Position numbers and translations under genes: made by a program. 64,000 nt of DNA, from IMG/VR virus record IMGVR_UViG_3300028274_000008, positions 2,618-66,617 of that record, one strand, 5' to 3'. The notes below the pieces were generated by a model that saw only the letters and a program-made list of their open reading frames with translations, was not told the origin of the DNA and did no database searches. Every line of letters starts with the position of its first letter. Within the stretch, counting starts at the first letter, position 1. The DNA comes from a virus. Positions 39,588 through 48,615 of the stretch are shown one piece after another.

Positions 39588-40544
39588 ATGCAACATATTC
39601 TTTTTGGTTCAGATTCTTCTTTAGTTTCTATTGCTATTTTAATTAAAACTACGGCTTTTGCTAAAAGTACAATCCAAAGGGCTTATGTAACCCCATCAAC
39701 TATTCCTTCTGAAAAATTTATAGCTTTTGATTTAGCATATACTTTAAATAATAAATGTCCTGCTAAACTGGCTAAAGAACATCTTGAAGACTTACTGCCT
39801 GAAATAAGTATTTTAAATGTAACTACTCTTTTGGTTTGTGATCCAATTTACTTTAAAATATTAACCAAATTAAAAAAGGTTAATGACTGTTATGGGCATA
39901 TTTATGAATGTGCCATTAAAGATTATGAATACTTAGATATTATTTTAGCACCCAACTACCAATCAGTACTTTATAATCCTGCAATACAAAGTAAGATCGA
40001 TACAGCCAATGAAACCCTCATTGATCATGTGGGCAACACTTATGTAGTTCCAGGAACTAATGTTATTCATTCTGCCTATTATCCAGAAACTATATCCGCT
40101 ATTAAAGCAGCTTTACATGATCTGCAGCAATATCCAGCATTAACATGTGATATTGAAGCAACTAGTTTAAAATTCTATAAAGCAAAGATAGAAACAATAG
40201 CTTTTGCTTGGGATAAACATAATTTTATTGCTTTTTGTGTAGGAAGAGACAACACCACAAATACACAAATTCAAATACAAACCATGTTACGAAAGTTTTT
40301 TACGTTGTACAAAGGTACAACAATATGGCATAATGCAAATTATGATCATAAAGTTTTAATTTATAATCTATGGATGCAACATTTAGCTGATTATAAAAAT
40401 ATGATTAAAGGAATTAAAATTATGACTAAAAACTTTGAAGACACGAAACTAATAGCTTATCTTGCAACTAATAATGCTATTCAAAACAAGTTAAGTTTAA
40501 AAGAACTGTCTTCCCCTTTTATGGGTAATTATGGAGTACTTTAA
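39588..40544 (+). CDS. Family A DNA polymerase, N-terminal fragment (ExoI and ExoII)
   Basis: TCDIEA (ExoI), WHNANYD (ExoII), FEDTKLIAYLATN; ends LSLKELSSPFMGNYGVL-stop. Confidence 0.85.
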   Translation: MQHILFGSDSSLVSIAILIKTTAFAKSTIQRAYVTPSTIPSEKFIAFDLAYTLNNKCPAKLAKEHLEDLLPEISILNVTTLLVCDPIYFKILTKLKKVNDCYGHIYECAIKDYEYLDIILAPNYQSVLYNPAIQSKIDTANETLIDHVGNTYVVPGTNVIHSAYYPETISAIKAALHDLQQYPALTCDIEATSLKFYKAKIETIAFAWDKHNFIAFCVGRDNTTNTQIQIQTMLRKFFTLYKGTTIWHNANYDHKVLIYNLWMQHLADYKNMIKGIKIMTKNFEDTKLIAYLATNNAIQNKLSLKELSSPFMGNYGVL

Positions 40545-41196
40545 AATGAAACAAAAATTAGTAGGTAAACGTTTTGGTAAATTATTAGTCATTAATGAAG
40601 AACCAGAAAGAGCAAACAATTCAAGGTATTTTAAAGTACTTTGTGATTGTGGTAATACCCCTGTAATGCATATGTCTAGTATAAAACGTAAAATAGCAGG
40701 TATTAAAAGTTGTGGTTGTGCTAATAAACATAATGGTACTGGGACCCGTTTACACAGTATTTGGCAAAATATGAAACAACGCTGTTTAAATCCAAAAAAT
40801 ACTAATTATAGAAATTATGGAAAAAAAGGTATCACAATCTGTACTCTTTGGTTAGAAGATTTTACTTTGTTTCGTACTTGGGCTTTAAATAGTGGATACC
40901 ACGCTAATTTAACTATAGACAGAAAAAACGGAAAATTAGGATATACACCATTAAATTGTAGATGGGTAGACCAAATAACACAAACTCGTAATTCTTATAA
41001 ACGAAGGAAAACCAATTCAAAATATATTGGAGTATGTTTTTACCAACGTACTAAATTATGGGCAGCATATATTAATGTTGACAAAAAACGTATCCATTTA
41101 GGTTTTCACTCTTCCGAATATAAAGCGGCTATAGCTAGAGATTCTTATATTGTAGCACATAATTTACAAAATTTTATTATGAATGAGGTGTTATAG
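40531..41196 (+). CDS. Free-standing HNH-AP2 homing endonuclease (true start probably 40546)
   Basis: GKRFGKL, CDCGN, SCGC, W.NMKQRC.NP, YG..GIT.C..W, TIDR..G..GY.P.NCRW and AP2 SKYIGV...LG motifs. Confidence 0.88.
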   Translation: MEYFKMKQKLVGKRFGKLLVINEEPERANNSRYFKVLCDCGNTPVMHMSSIKRKIAGIKSCGCANKHNGTGTRLHSIWQNMKQRCLNPKNTNYRNYGKKGITICTLWLEDFTLFRTWALNSGYHANLTIDRKNGKLGYTPLNCRWVDQITQTRNSYKRRKTNSKYIGVCFYQRTKLWAAYINVDKKRIHLGFHSSEYKAAIARDSYIVAHNLQNFIMNEVL

Positions 41197-42830
41197 TGGG
41201 TGTTACTGCAAAAATAGCAACTCCAGATTTATTAAAGTATAATGGTCAAGATTGCTTGGCTACCTGGTACGTTAATGAGACCCATAAACCAACAATGATA
41301 GCTGATCAACAAGAGCAACTATATGAAGAATTATTTAAACCAACAGTAATTACTCTCTTGCAGACTGAGCTGTGTGGCATGCCAATTAATCCAAAAAAAG
41401 TACAATTTGCTAAACTTCATTTAGTTTCTATTGAACATACCTGTTTAGATTATTTTAATAATTCTAAATTAATCCAAGATTTTCATTTTACTCAATTAAT
41501 AGCATTAGCAGAAAAGATGACTGCTAAAGCTAAAAAGAAAATTTACGATATCACTGATCCAATCATTGCCCGGGAAGTATTTAATCCTGGCAGTGATACC
41601 CAACTCAGGGCTTTAATCTTTGATTATATGGGTTACGATATAATCAATCTTACAAAAGGTAAACAAGCCTCTACCAGCAAGGGTACCATTGAGAAGTTAA
41701 TTAATCATGCCAAGACTCCTGAACATAAAGAAATATTTGAACATCTTATTAAATTAGCTGATGTCAGTATCTTACTTTCAACTTTTATTCCTTCAATGGA
41801 GAAAGCACAAAGATTACCTGATGGTAGTTACCGGTTATATGGTAACTTTAATCTTGGCGGAACCCAAAGCTTAAGGCTATCCAGTTCAGATCCTAATCTG
41901 CAAAATATTCCATCACATTCAATATTTGCTCAAATCATTAAAGAATGCTTCGAACCGATTATTGGTTGGTTATTCTTTGGTTCAGACTTTGATGCACTGG
42001 AAGATAAAACAAATGCTCTAATAACTAAAGATCCAAATAAATTAAAAATCTATACTGATGGTTTTTGTGGCCACTGTCTTCGGGCATTCTCTTACTTTGG
42101 CGATAAAATGAATGGTATTATTGAAACAGTTACTTCTATTAATTCCATTAAAAAACTCTATCCTGATCTAAGACAAGATTCTAAAGCCCCTACCTTTGCA
42201 CTTACCTACGGGGGAAGTTTTCATACTTTAATGAAGAATTGTGGATTTACTAAACCTCAAGCCAAACAAATTGAAAAGATGTACCACCAGCTTTACACCG
42301 TAGCAGATAAATGGGTTGATAATCTTGTAGAGCAAGCCAAAAAAATAGGATACATTCCATTAGCATTTGGTGGCCGGATACGTACCCCATTGCTCGCTAA
42401 AACCGTAGGGAAGGTCAAAGTACCCTTTGCAGCTCAAAAGGAGGCTAGGAGTGCAGGAAATGCTGCTACACAGTCATATTGTTTCCTAACCCAACGTGCA
42501 ATGAATGAATTCAGAGAAAGAGTATGGGCTTCACCATATATTTACACTATATTACCTGCTGCTACAATTCATGATGCAGCTTATTACGTGGGACAAGATA
42601 ATGCTGATCTGATCAAATGGGCCAATGATAATCTCATTGATTGTATGGCTTGGCAGCAATTACCTGAACTAATGCATCCTACGATTAAAATAAGCTCTGG
42701 ATTAGAGATTTACTGGCCTTCCTGGGGTAATAAGGTCAAAATACCCAATAACGCTTCTAAACAGCAAATTAAAGCCCTTTGTTTGAAAGCTGAACAAGAA
42801 GAAAAGGCTAAACAATTAATTACACCATAA
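41196..42830 (+). CDS. Family A DNA polymerase, C-terminal fragment (ExoIII plus polymerase domain)
   Basis: LLKYNGQD (ExoIII), RLSSSDPNLQNIP, motif A DFDALED, motif B RQDSKAPTFALTYGG, motif C IHDA; GAGGTG RBS before GTG. Confidence 0.9.
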   Translation: MGVTAKIATPDLLKYNGQDCLATWYVNETHKPTMIADQQEQLYEELFKPTVITLLQTELCGMPINPKKVQFAKLHLVSIEHTCLDYFNNSKLIQDFHFTQLIALAEKMTAKAKKKIYDITDPIIAREVFNPGSDTQLRALIFDYMGYDIINLTKGKQASTSKGTIEKLINHAKTPEHKEIFEHLIKLADVSILLSTFIPSMEKAQRLPDGSYRLYGNFNLGGTQSLRLSSSDPNLQNIPSHSIFAQIIKECFEPIIGWLFFGSDFDALEDKTNALITKDPNKLKIYTDGFCGHCLRAFSYFGDKMNGIIETVTSINSIKKLYPDLRQDSKAPTFALTYGGSFHTLMKNCGFTKPQAKQIEKMYHQLYTVADKWVDNLVEQAKKIGYIPLAFGGRIRTPLLAKTVGKVKVPFAAQKEARSAGNAATQSYCFLTQRAMNEFRERVWASPYIYTILPAATIHDAAYYVGQDNADLIKWANDNLIDCMAWQQLPELMHPTIKISSGLEIYWPSWGNKVKIPNNASKQQIKALCLKAEQEEKAKQLITP

Positions 42831-42840
42831 GGAGTAAATT

Positions 42841-43197
42841 ATGTCAGATCTAAGTCATTACCCAAAAACAGATAAATTTGAAATTATAGATACCATTGGT
42901 ACCCCTCACCCATTTTGTATTACACCCCGTCATGTAGTATTTGCCTCTGATCATCATGGAGGTATGCTGGGAAAAGAGGCAATAGAAGCCTATGAAAAAT
43001 CAAAAGGATCCTGTCATTGTGGGGTAAAAGGATGCCAATTATCTTTTGCAGAACATGAGACTGCTTTGCTTATTGCAGTAGATGACTCCCGGGAATTAGG
43101 GGCGATACCAGAATTACCTACTTATTTATTAAAATGTAAACCTATCTGTGAAAAAGATGGTTATGCTGGTTTTGCTTTTATGAAAAAGAAATCATGA
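42841..43197 (+). CDS. Hypothetical His/Cys-containing phage protein
   Basis: 118 aa, PHPFCI..HV and C....C....H motifs; TAAGGAG RBS. Confidence 0.55.
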   Translation: MSDLSHYPKTDKFEIIDTIGTPHPFCITPRHVVFASDHHGGMLGKEAIEAYEKSKGSCHCGVKGCQLSFAEHETALLIAVDDSRELGAIPELPTYLLKCKPICEKDGYAGFAFMKKKS

Positions 43198-43384
43198 CAC
43201 CTGAAGACATAGACTTACATAAACTTGCTATTGGTCAATTAGACCATACTGACATGGCAATCATACATCGATTTGCTCCTTCGGAACACCCATTCTTTAC
43301 AGTGGATACCGGTCTATCTAAATATTTCAATGATAGATTTAAAAAACTTGGAGGGATGACTCCAGAAATATCTAAATTAATAGG

Positions 43385-43603
43385 ATGGCAAATGTGACTC
43401 TTATCTGTCCATTCTGTAAAAGCAAAGCAGTAAGATATTATGCAAAACGCACACGCGGAGGACTGAGACCTCTTTCGCATATTGTCTTTTGTATAAGTTG
43501 TGAGGCTAAAGGACCTAAAGCTCTAACCAAAAAAGAAGCTATTAAATTATGGAGCATAACACTATCTACTGGCGAAAGGAAAATATATGATCTTATCAGT
43601 TGA
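43385..43603 (+). CDS. Lar-like (restriction alleviation family) zinc-finger protein
   Basis: CPFC...V.C..C.A.GP.....EAI..W pattern. Confidence 0.6.
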   Translation: MANVTLICPFCKSKAVRYYAKRTRGGLRPLSHIVFCISCEAKGPKALTKKEAIKLWSITLSTGERKIYDLIS

Positions 43604-43864
43604 AATACCAAAAAGATGTTATTGTGATAATACTCATCAAAACAATCAAACTGTTTGTATAGAATGTTGGGTATTGGGTTATAGGTATAATTCACCATTT
43701 TATCCACGAGTTTGGTGGAACCCTATTTTAACTAATATACACGCAGTAAAAATAAAAACTGAATATGCTAAAGGAAATATTTCACAAAGAACTTTAGCTA
43801 AAAAATATAATATAAGTCAAAGTAACATGCATAATCAATCTTAAAGCTTATAAGGAGGCTTAAT

Positions 43865-44461
43865 ATGGTACTTTCAGTTGATCCAGGATTATCTAATTAT
43901 GGTTATGCCGTTTGGAATGAGTATGGAGAGATCTGTGATACTGGTCTTCTTCAAACCAAAAAAACTAAAAGAAAGAATATATTGGTAGCTGATGACATGG
44001 TGCACAGGATGGCTAGGCTTACCGTTGATCTTGAATGGGTTATCAGAGCATTTAAGATCAAAGCAGTCATTGGAGAACGCCCAGGATTTGCCAGTCAGAA
44101 TTCAGCAGCAATGAGAGATATGTCAGCCAGTATGGCTGTATCAGTGGCTGTATTTACAATGCTTAATTTATCAATGGAATGGGCAACCCCAGAAGAAGTT
44201 AAAGTAGCTTTTACTGGTAAAAAAACAGCTTCTAAAAAAGAAATGATGATAAAGGTTTGTAAACGGCATTCTTGGAATATTACTACTAAAAGGGTTAATT
44301 TTAAAAATTCTAAACAACTTAAACGTTTAGATAATATTTACCATCCAATGGGTGTACCAATGGGAGCCAATAAATTTGAACATATTGCTGATGCAGTTGC
44401 TGCAGCTCATGCCTTAAAGAACGGTAACATTATTAAAATGTATTTAAATAAAAGAAGATAA
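43865..44461 (+). CDS. RuvC-like Holliday junction resolvase
   Basis: VLSVDPGLSNYG, E in strand 4, P.EVK...TG...ASKKEM and H.ADA motifs. Confidence 0.85.
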   Translation: MVLSVDPGLSNYGYAVWNEYGEICDTGLLQTKKTKRKNILVADDMVHRMARLTVDLEWVIRAFKIKAVIGERPGFASQNSAAMRDMSASMAVSVAVFTMLNLSMEWATPEEVKVAFTGKKTASKKEMMIKVCKRHSWNITTKRVNFKNSKQLKRLDNIYHPMGVPMGANKFEHIADAVAAAHALKNGNIIKMYLNKRR

Positions 44462-44570
44462 CCAATTTAAGGGCAACACTACACTGGGTGGGGGATTAAA
44501 ATTAAAGTTTCCTCATATAGTTTCTTTGATTCCCAGTTGCCCTTACTTTTAAACCAAAAAGGAAAATATT

Positions 44571-44858
44571 ATGCATATTATAATAGGAGATCTTGTATTA
44601 CGCAGTGGACCTAATGATTTTGTAATTTCTGATAAAGAACCCTTCATAAGTAAAAAAGGAATAAAAACATATTACAATGCTACTTATTACCCTACAATAG
44701 AATCAGCCTTAAATAACGTGTTAAAGAGACGTTTACTCAAAAGTGATGCTACTACCCTCACAGAACTCAGAAACGAATTGTTGGCACATAGACAGGAGCT
44801 GAGTGAGATATTTAAAGAGATTATTACAACCAACCCTGAACCAAAGGAAAAAGAATGA
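44571..44858 (+). CDS. Hypothetical phage protein
   Basis: 95 aa, YY.T.ESAL....R.L..SDATTL.EL motif. Confidence 0.55.
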   Translation: MHIIIGDLVLRSGPNDFVISDKEPFISKKGIKTYYNATYYPTIESALNNVLKRRLLKSDATTLTELRNELLAHRQELSEIFKEIITTNPEPKEKE

Positions 44859-45175
44859 AAAAATTAACTTACTATTTGCCCTTAGTGGGCCCTAAGACCA
44901 CTGCAGTATTTTTGATGTATAATGAAGATACTTTTAAGGCTGTTGCTAGAGGAGTTGCCTTCTGTAGTGACAAAGATCAATTCAATAAAAAAAGAGGAAG
45001 ATCTATTGCTGCTGGTAGAGCATGTAAAGCTTTCATGAATGCTGAGACCTGTCCCAATAATAAAATTCGAAGAAAGACTGTACCTGCTATAGATTTCACT
45101 AATAAATGCACTTACCTCCCTACTCTTACTGAATTTGAAAAGACTCTCATAGCCAAAATAAATAATTTAGATTAA
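44855..45175 (+). CDS. Hypothetical phage protein
   Basis: G.A.CS..DQFNKK.GR.IA..RA motif. Confidence 0.6.
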   Translation: MKKLTYYLPLVGPKTTAVFLMYNEDTFKAVARGVAFCSDKDQFNKKRGRSIAAGRACKAFMNAETCPNNKIRRKTVPAIDFTNKCTYLPTLTEFEKTLIAKINNLD

Positions 45176-45519
45176 TAATATGAGTGTATTTGAAGTAGGA
45201 AGATTTATAAACCGAAAATATGAAAAACATCCACACATGCATCGATGGCCTGCTGAAAAGACATTACCAATTGCTTTTGGGTTAAAAGAACTTGAACTCC
45301 AACAAGAACCCGATAATATCACTGAAAATGTTTCAGATGAGCATGGAAGATACGAAGAAATTAATAATAGAGGTATTTATGGTTTCTACAGAGAATCTGT
45401 TTGTCTTACTGAATACAGACAAGGTAAAGTAATTCAGCCAGCCCATACTTTATCTGAAATAGGTCAAGTGATACTCCGATGTGATTAATAATATATTTAA
45501 ATAATATTTAATTTAAATT

Positions 45520-45815
45520 CCACGCAGTCTTGTCGTACAGGGTACTATCGTCGACCCGAGCTAAAGCTCTCTCTCCTCTGCACCCTTCCCGACCGACTGC
45601 TGGAGTGAGCACAGAGGGCGCGAGCGAAGCGAAGGCGACCGGTAAGTGCGTCTACGACAGCAGGAAGGTCATATAAATTATATATAAAACCTCTTTATAT
45701 ACTATATGTGTACATGACAGAATGTTTATTGGCAATAAATTCAGATAGTTACAAAAGACAAAATCAAGTATATATTTTTGTTTTTAAAGTAAAATTCAAA
45801 TATATACTTGATCTT
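45520..45815. other. Origin-like non-coding region
   Basis: GC-rich island with GCGAAGC, alternating AT tract, IHF-like site (45734-45751) and a perfect 15-bp inverted repeat (45763-45777 / 45798-45812). Confidence 0.45.
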
Positions 45816-45912
45816 TTAACAGGTACCAGATAAGATGGCATAAACGAAATAAGACACAGTATCCCCATACTTTAATAGTCTTATTTTCTAAATAATGAGG
45901 TCACTATAACAG

Positions 45913-46359
45913 ATGCCACAAATACAAAGCAACATTAATATTATTGAGATTAAAGGTAAGCGTCTCATTGTCAGTGAAACGCATAAAGAAAAACTCGGTA
46001 AATTCCAAGCAATAGGGAGAATTAATAGTATGTACAGTAAAAAGGAAACAAACTTGGATATTTTTAATTTATTGGATCAAGTGTCTAAACCAGCTTATTC
46101 TTTATTTAATCAATTAAAAAGTAACCGCAATCCTACTAATAATATTTCTTTTATAAAAACATCACAGATGAATAAAAGCCAAAAGACTATGTTCAGCTCC
46201 AGGATCTTAGAATTAAAAAAACAAAATATTATTAAAAAAGCATTCACCATTGACCGCACTAAACCAATTCAAAAAGGCTCTTACATAATTAACCCAAATC
46301 TGATACTTTGTCCGGGACATCAAGAAGAAGCCCTTAGAATATGGGACTATTTAAAATAA
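45913..46359 (+). CDS. RepL-like winged-helix DNA-binding protein (copy 2)
   Basis: I.ELKKQNIIKK.......KGSYIINP pattern. Confidence 0.55.
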   Translation: MPQIQSNINIIEIKGKRLIVSETHKEKLGKFQAIGRINSMYSKKETNLDIFNLLDQVSKPAYSLFNQLKSNRNPTNNISFIKTSQMNKSQKTMFSSRILELKKQNIIKKAFTIDRTKPIQKGSYIINPNLILCPGHQEEALRIWDYLK

Positions 46360-47581
46360 AAAGGAGTAACACATGACTGACATGAACATCTTACCGCTCT
46401 ATTCAAATCTTATTAAAGATCCAGATAGTAAATCAGTTTTACCTGAAGATAATTTTTATATAGCTAAAAGATTTGGGGATCAATGGCATATTATTGAAAG
46501 TGCTATTGATGTCTCCCGGGCAGCTGCTGCTCGAATGATCATTATGAAGCAAGACCACAAAGCCCATCCTGAAACCCGGCCCACCGATTATCGTATATTT
46601 AAAAAAGGCTTAAATAAAATTATAACTAAATGATATATTTAGATGACTGTCTCAAATGAGACACATTAACAGTATAACTACTTATTGAGAGGACTATGAA
46701 TAAATTTAAAAAATTAGAAGAATTATTAATTAAGTGGAAGGCCGTTCAGGAAAATTTCTACCATGATTGTACTCACTACACACCGAAGAGCATTGATTCT
46801 TTTGTTAAAGCTTTAGAAATGGCCATTAAATATGCTAAACAGCCGTCCAATACTCAGTTGAAGCTCGATGGGCTAAAGTGTGAGGTATGCAACGGAATAA
46901 ATATACATAAAGCTACTTGTAGTGCGGGTTTTGGCGCAATAATCCCGCCCACGACTTAACCACGTTATTGATAGGACAAAAACATGCATAAAAAGATTTT
47001 CTGTGACCAACATAAATGTCTATTACGAGAGTGCGGATGCGATATCAAAGAAGCCTCTCAATCAGTAAATGCAGCGGTTGCTTATTATACTTGCAAAAGT
47101 TGTGGCAACTATAACCTTTGGCAATATCACCGGGATTTTTGCCCAAAATGCAAAACGCACCGATGATTAAAATATTACACTAAATAATATATCAAGATTA
47201 ATTTAATAATAGCCAACCTCCGGTTGGTTTAAAAGGATTACTATGAAAAAGCCAAAATCTTTTACATTAGTTAATGCTATTGGTTCAAATGATAAATCAA
47301 AGATGTATCAAATATGTTGGGAACCATACCGTAAAGAATTTATTGAACCAATAACAAATAAAGAGGCTGAATCTGTACTTGGAAAAATAATCTATTGGGA
47401 GTATATGAAATGTCTAATCCGGTAATTCTATTAGAATGTTCTTGTTGTGGTAAATGTACAAAAGGCAGACAATGGTGGAATCGAGATAATGGTTATGGTT
47501 TATGCCCTGATTGTGCTAAATGGCTCAGAGATAAAGGTAATTTAATGATATATGAAAACTATGGAACAAGAGGAGTGCACT

Positions 47582-48604
47582 ATGAAATATACTAATACAG
47601 AAAACCAATCACTTTCAATAGCCGTATGGCTTGTAACCGATTCTTATGATAAAGATCCCTTTCCCGGGCAATTGCATATAAGTGTCACTGGACTACTTAA
47701 ACCAGCCAGAATGATTGTTTTAAGTGGTAGACTTACTGATGCCCAGGCTGTAGACCCAGAAGAAACAGAATATGATATTTCAATGAATATACCCAATAGA
47801 ATGGGTACTGCTATTCATAGTGGTATCGAGAATGCTTGGATCAAAAACTATAAACAAGCATTAAAAGATCTGGGTTACCCACAAGCAATAATTGATAGAA
47901 TTGTTATTAACCCATCATACAATGACCGACAAGCAGTTCCTAACTGTATTCCAGTTTATATGGAACAGCGTATACATAAAACCATTGAAGGCTATATTGT
48001 CAGTGGTAAATATGATTTTGTTGGTGAAGGAATCATAGAAGACTTCAAATCAACTGGTGTATATGGTTACATGAAGAAAGATCCACATGATGATGAACTT
48101 AAAATATTACAGGGTAGTATTTATCGTTGGCTCAATCCTGATATTGTTACTGCAGATCATATGCTTATCCAATATGTATTTACTGATTGGTCCAAGCTTG
48201 ATTCAAAGATCAGGGCTAAACGAGGTTACCCAGCATCTCGCATTGTACCCAAAAAATTAATGCTCAAATCTATTCCGGAAACTGAATCCTGGATCCGTCA
48301 GAAGATCCAATTAGTTAAATCTTTAGAATTGGTTCCAGAACATGAATTACCCCTTTGCACTGATGAAGAACTATGGCAGAGCAAACCAGTGTATAAATAC
48401 TTCAAAAACCCTACTAAAACGAAGAGGAGTACCGCAAATTTTGATGATTACCACTTAGCCCATGCCAGACTACTCAAAGACGGTAATTGTGGCTTAATCA
48501 AAGAATTTAAGGGCACAGTACGCCGATGTGGTTATTGTACCGCATATGAACTGTGTACTCAGAAAAATGCATATTTAAACAATGGAACACTACAGTTACC
48601 TTAA
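47582..48604 (+). CDS. PD-(D/E)XK nuclease family protein (N4 gp42-like)
   Basis: S.TGLLKP, RMGTAIH, EQR...SGKYD...IEDFKST, QGSIYRWL and C-terminal Cys cluster; GAGGAG RBS favours ATG 47582. Confidence 0.8.
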   Translation: MKYTNTENQSLSIAVWLVTDSYDKDPFPGQLHISVTGLLKPARMIVLSGRLTDAQAVDPEETEYDISMNIPNRMGTAIHSGIENAWIKNYKQALKDLGYPQAIIDRIVINPSYNDRQAVPNCIPVYMEQRIHKTIEGYIVSGKYDFVGEGIIEDFKSTGVYGYMKKDPHDDELKILQGSIYRWLNPDIVTADHMLIQYVFTDWSKLDSKIRAKRGYPASRIVPKKLMLKSIPETESWIRQKIQLVKSLELVPEHELPLCTDEELWQSKPVYKYFKNPTKTKRSTANFDDYHLAHARLLKDGNCGLIKEFKGTVRRCGYCTAYELCTQKNAYLNNGTLQLP

Positions 48605-48615
48605 AGGAGGAATAA

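Noticed and set aside
40531-41196. Intron, intein or ribosomal bypass in the DNA polymerase
   Set aside because: No non-coding flanks for a ribozyme core, a stop codon and frame change exclude an intein, and ~650 nt is far beyond known bypass distances; the downstream fragment has its own RBS
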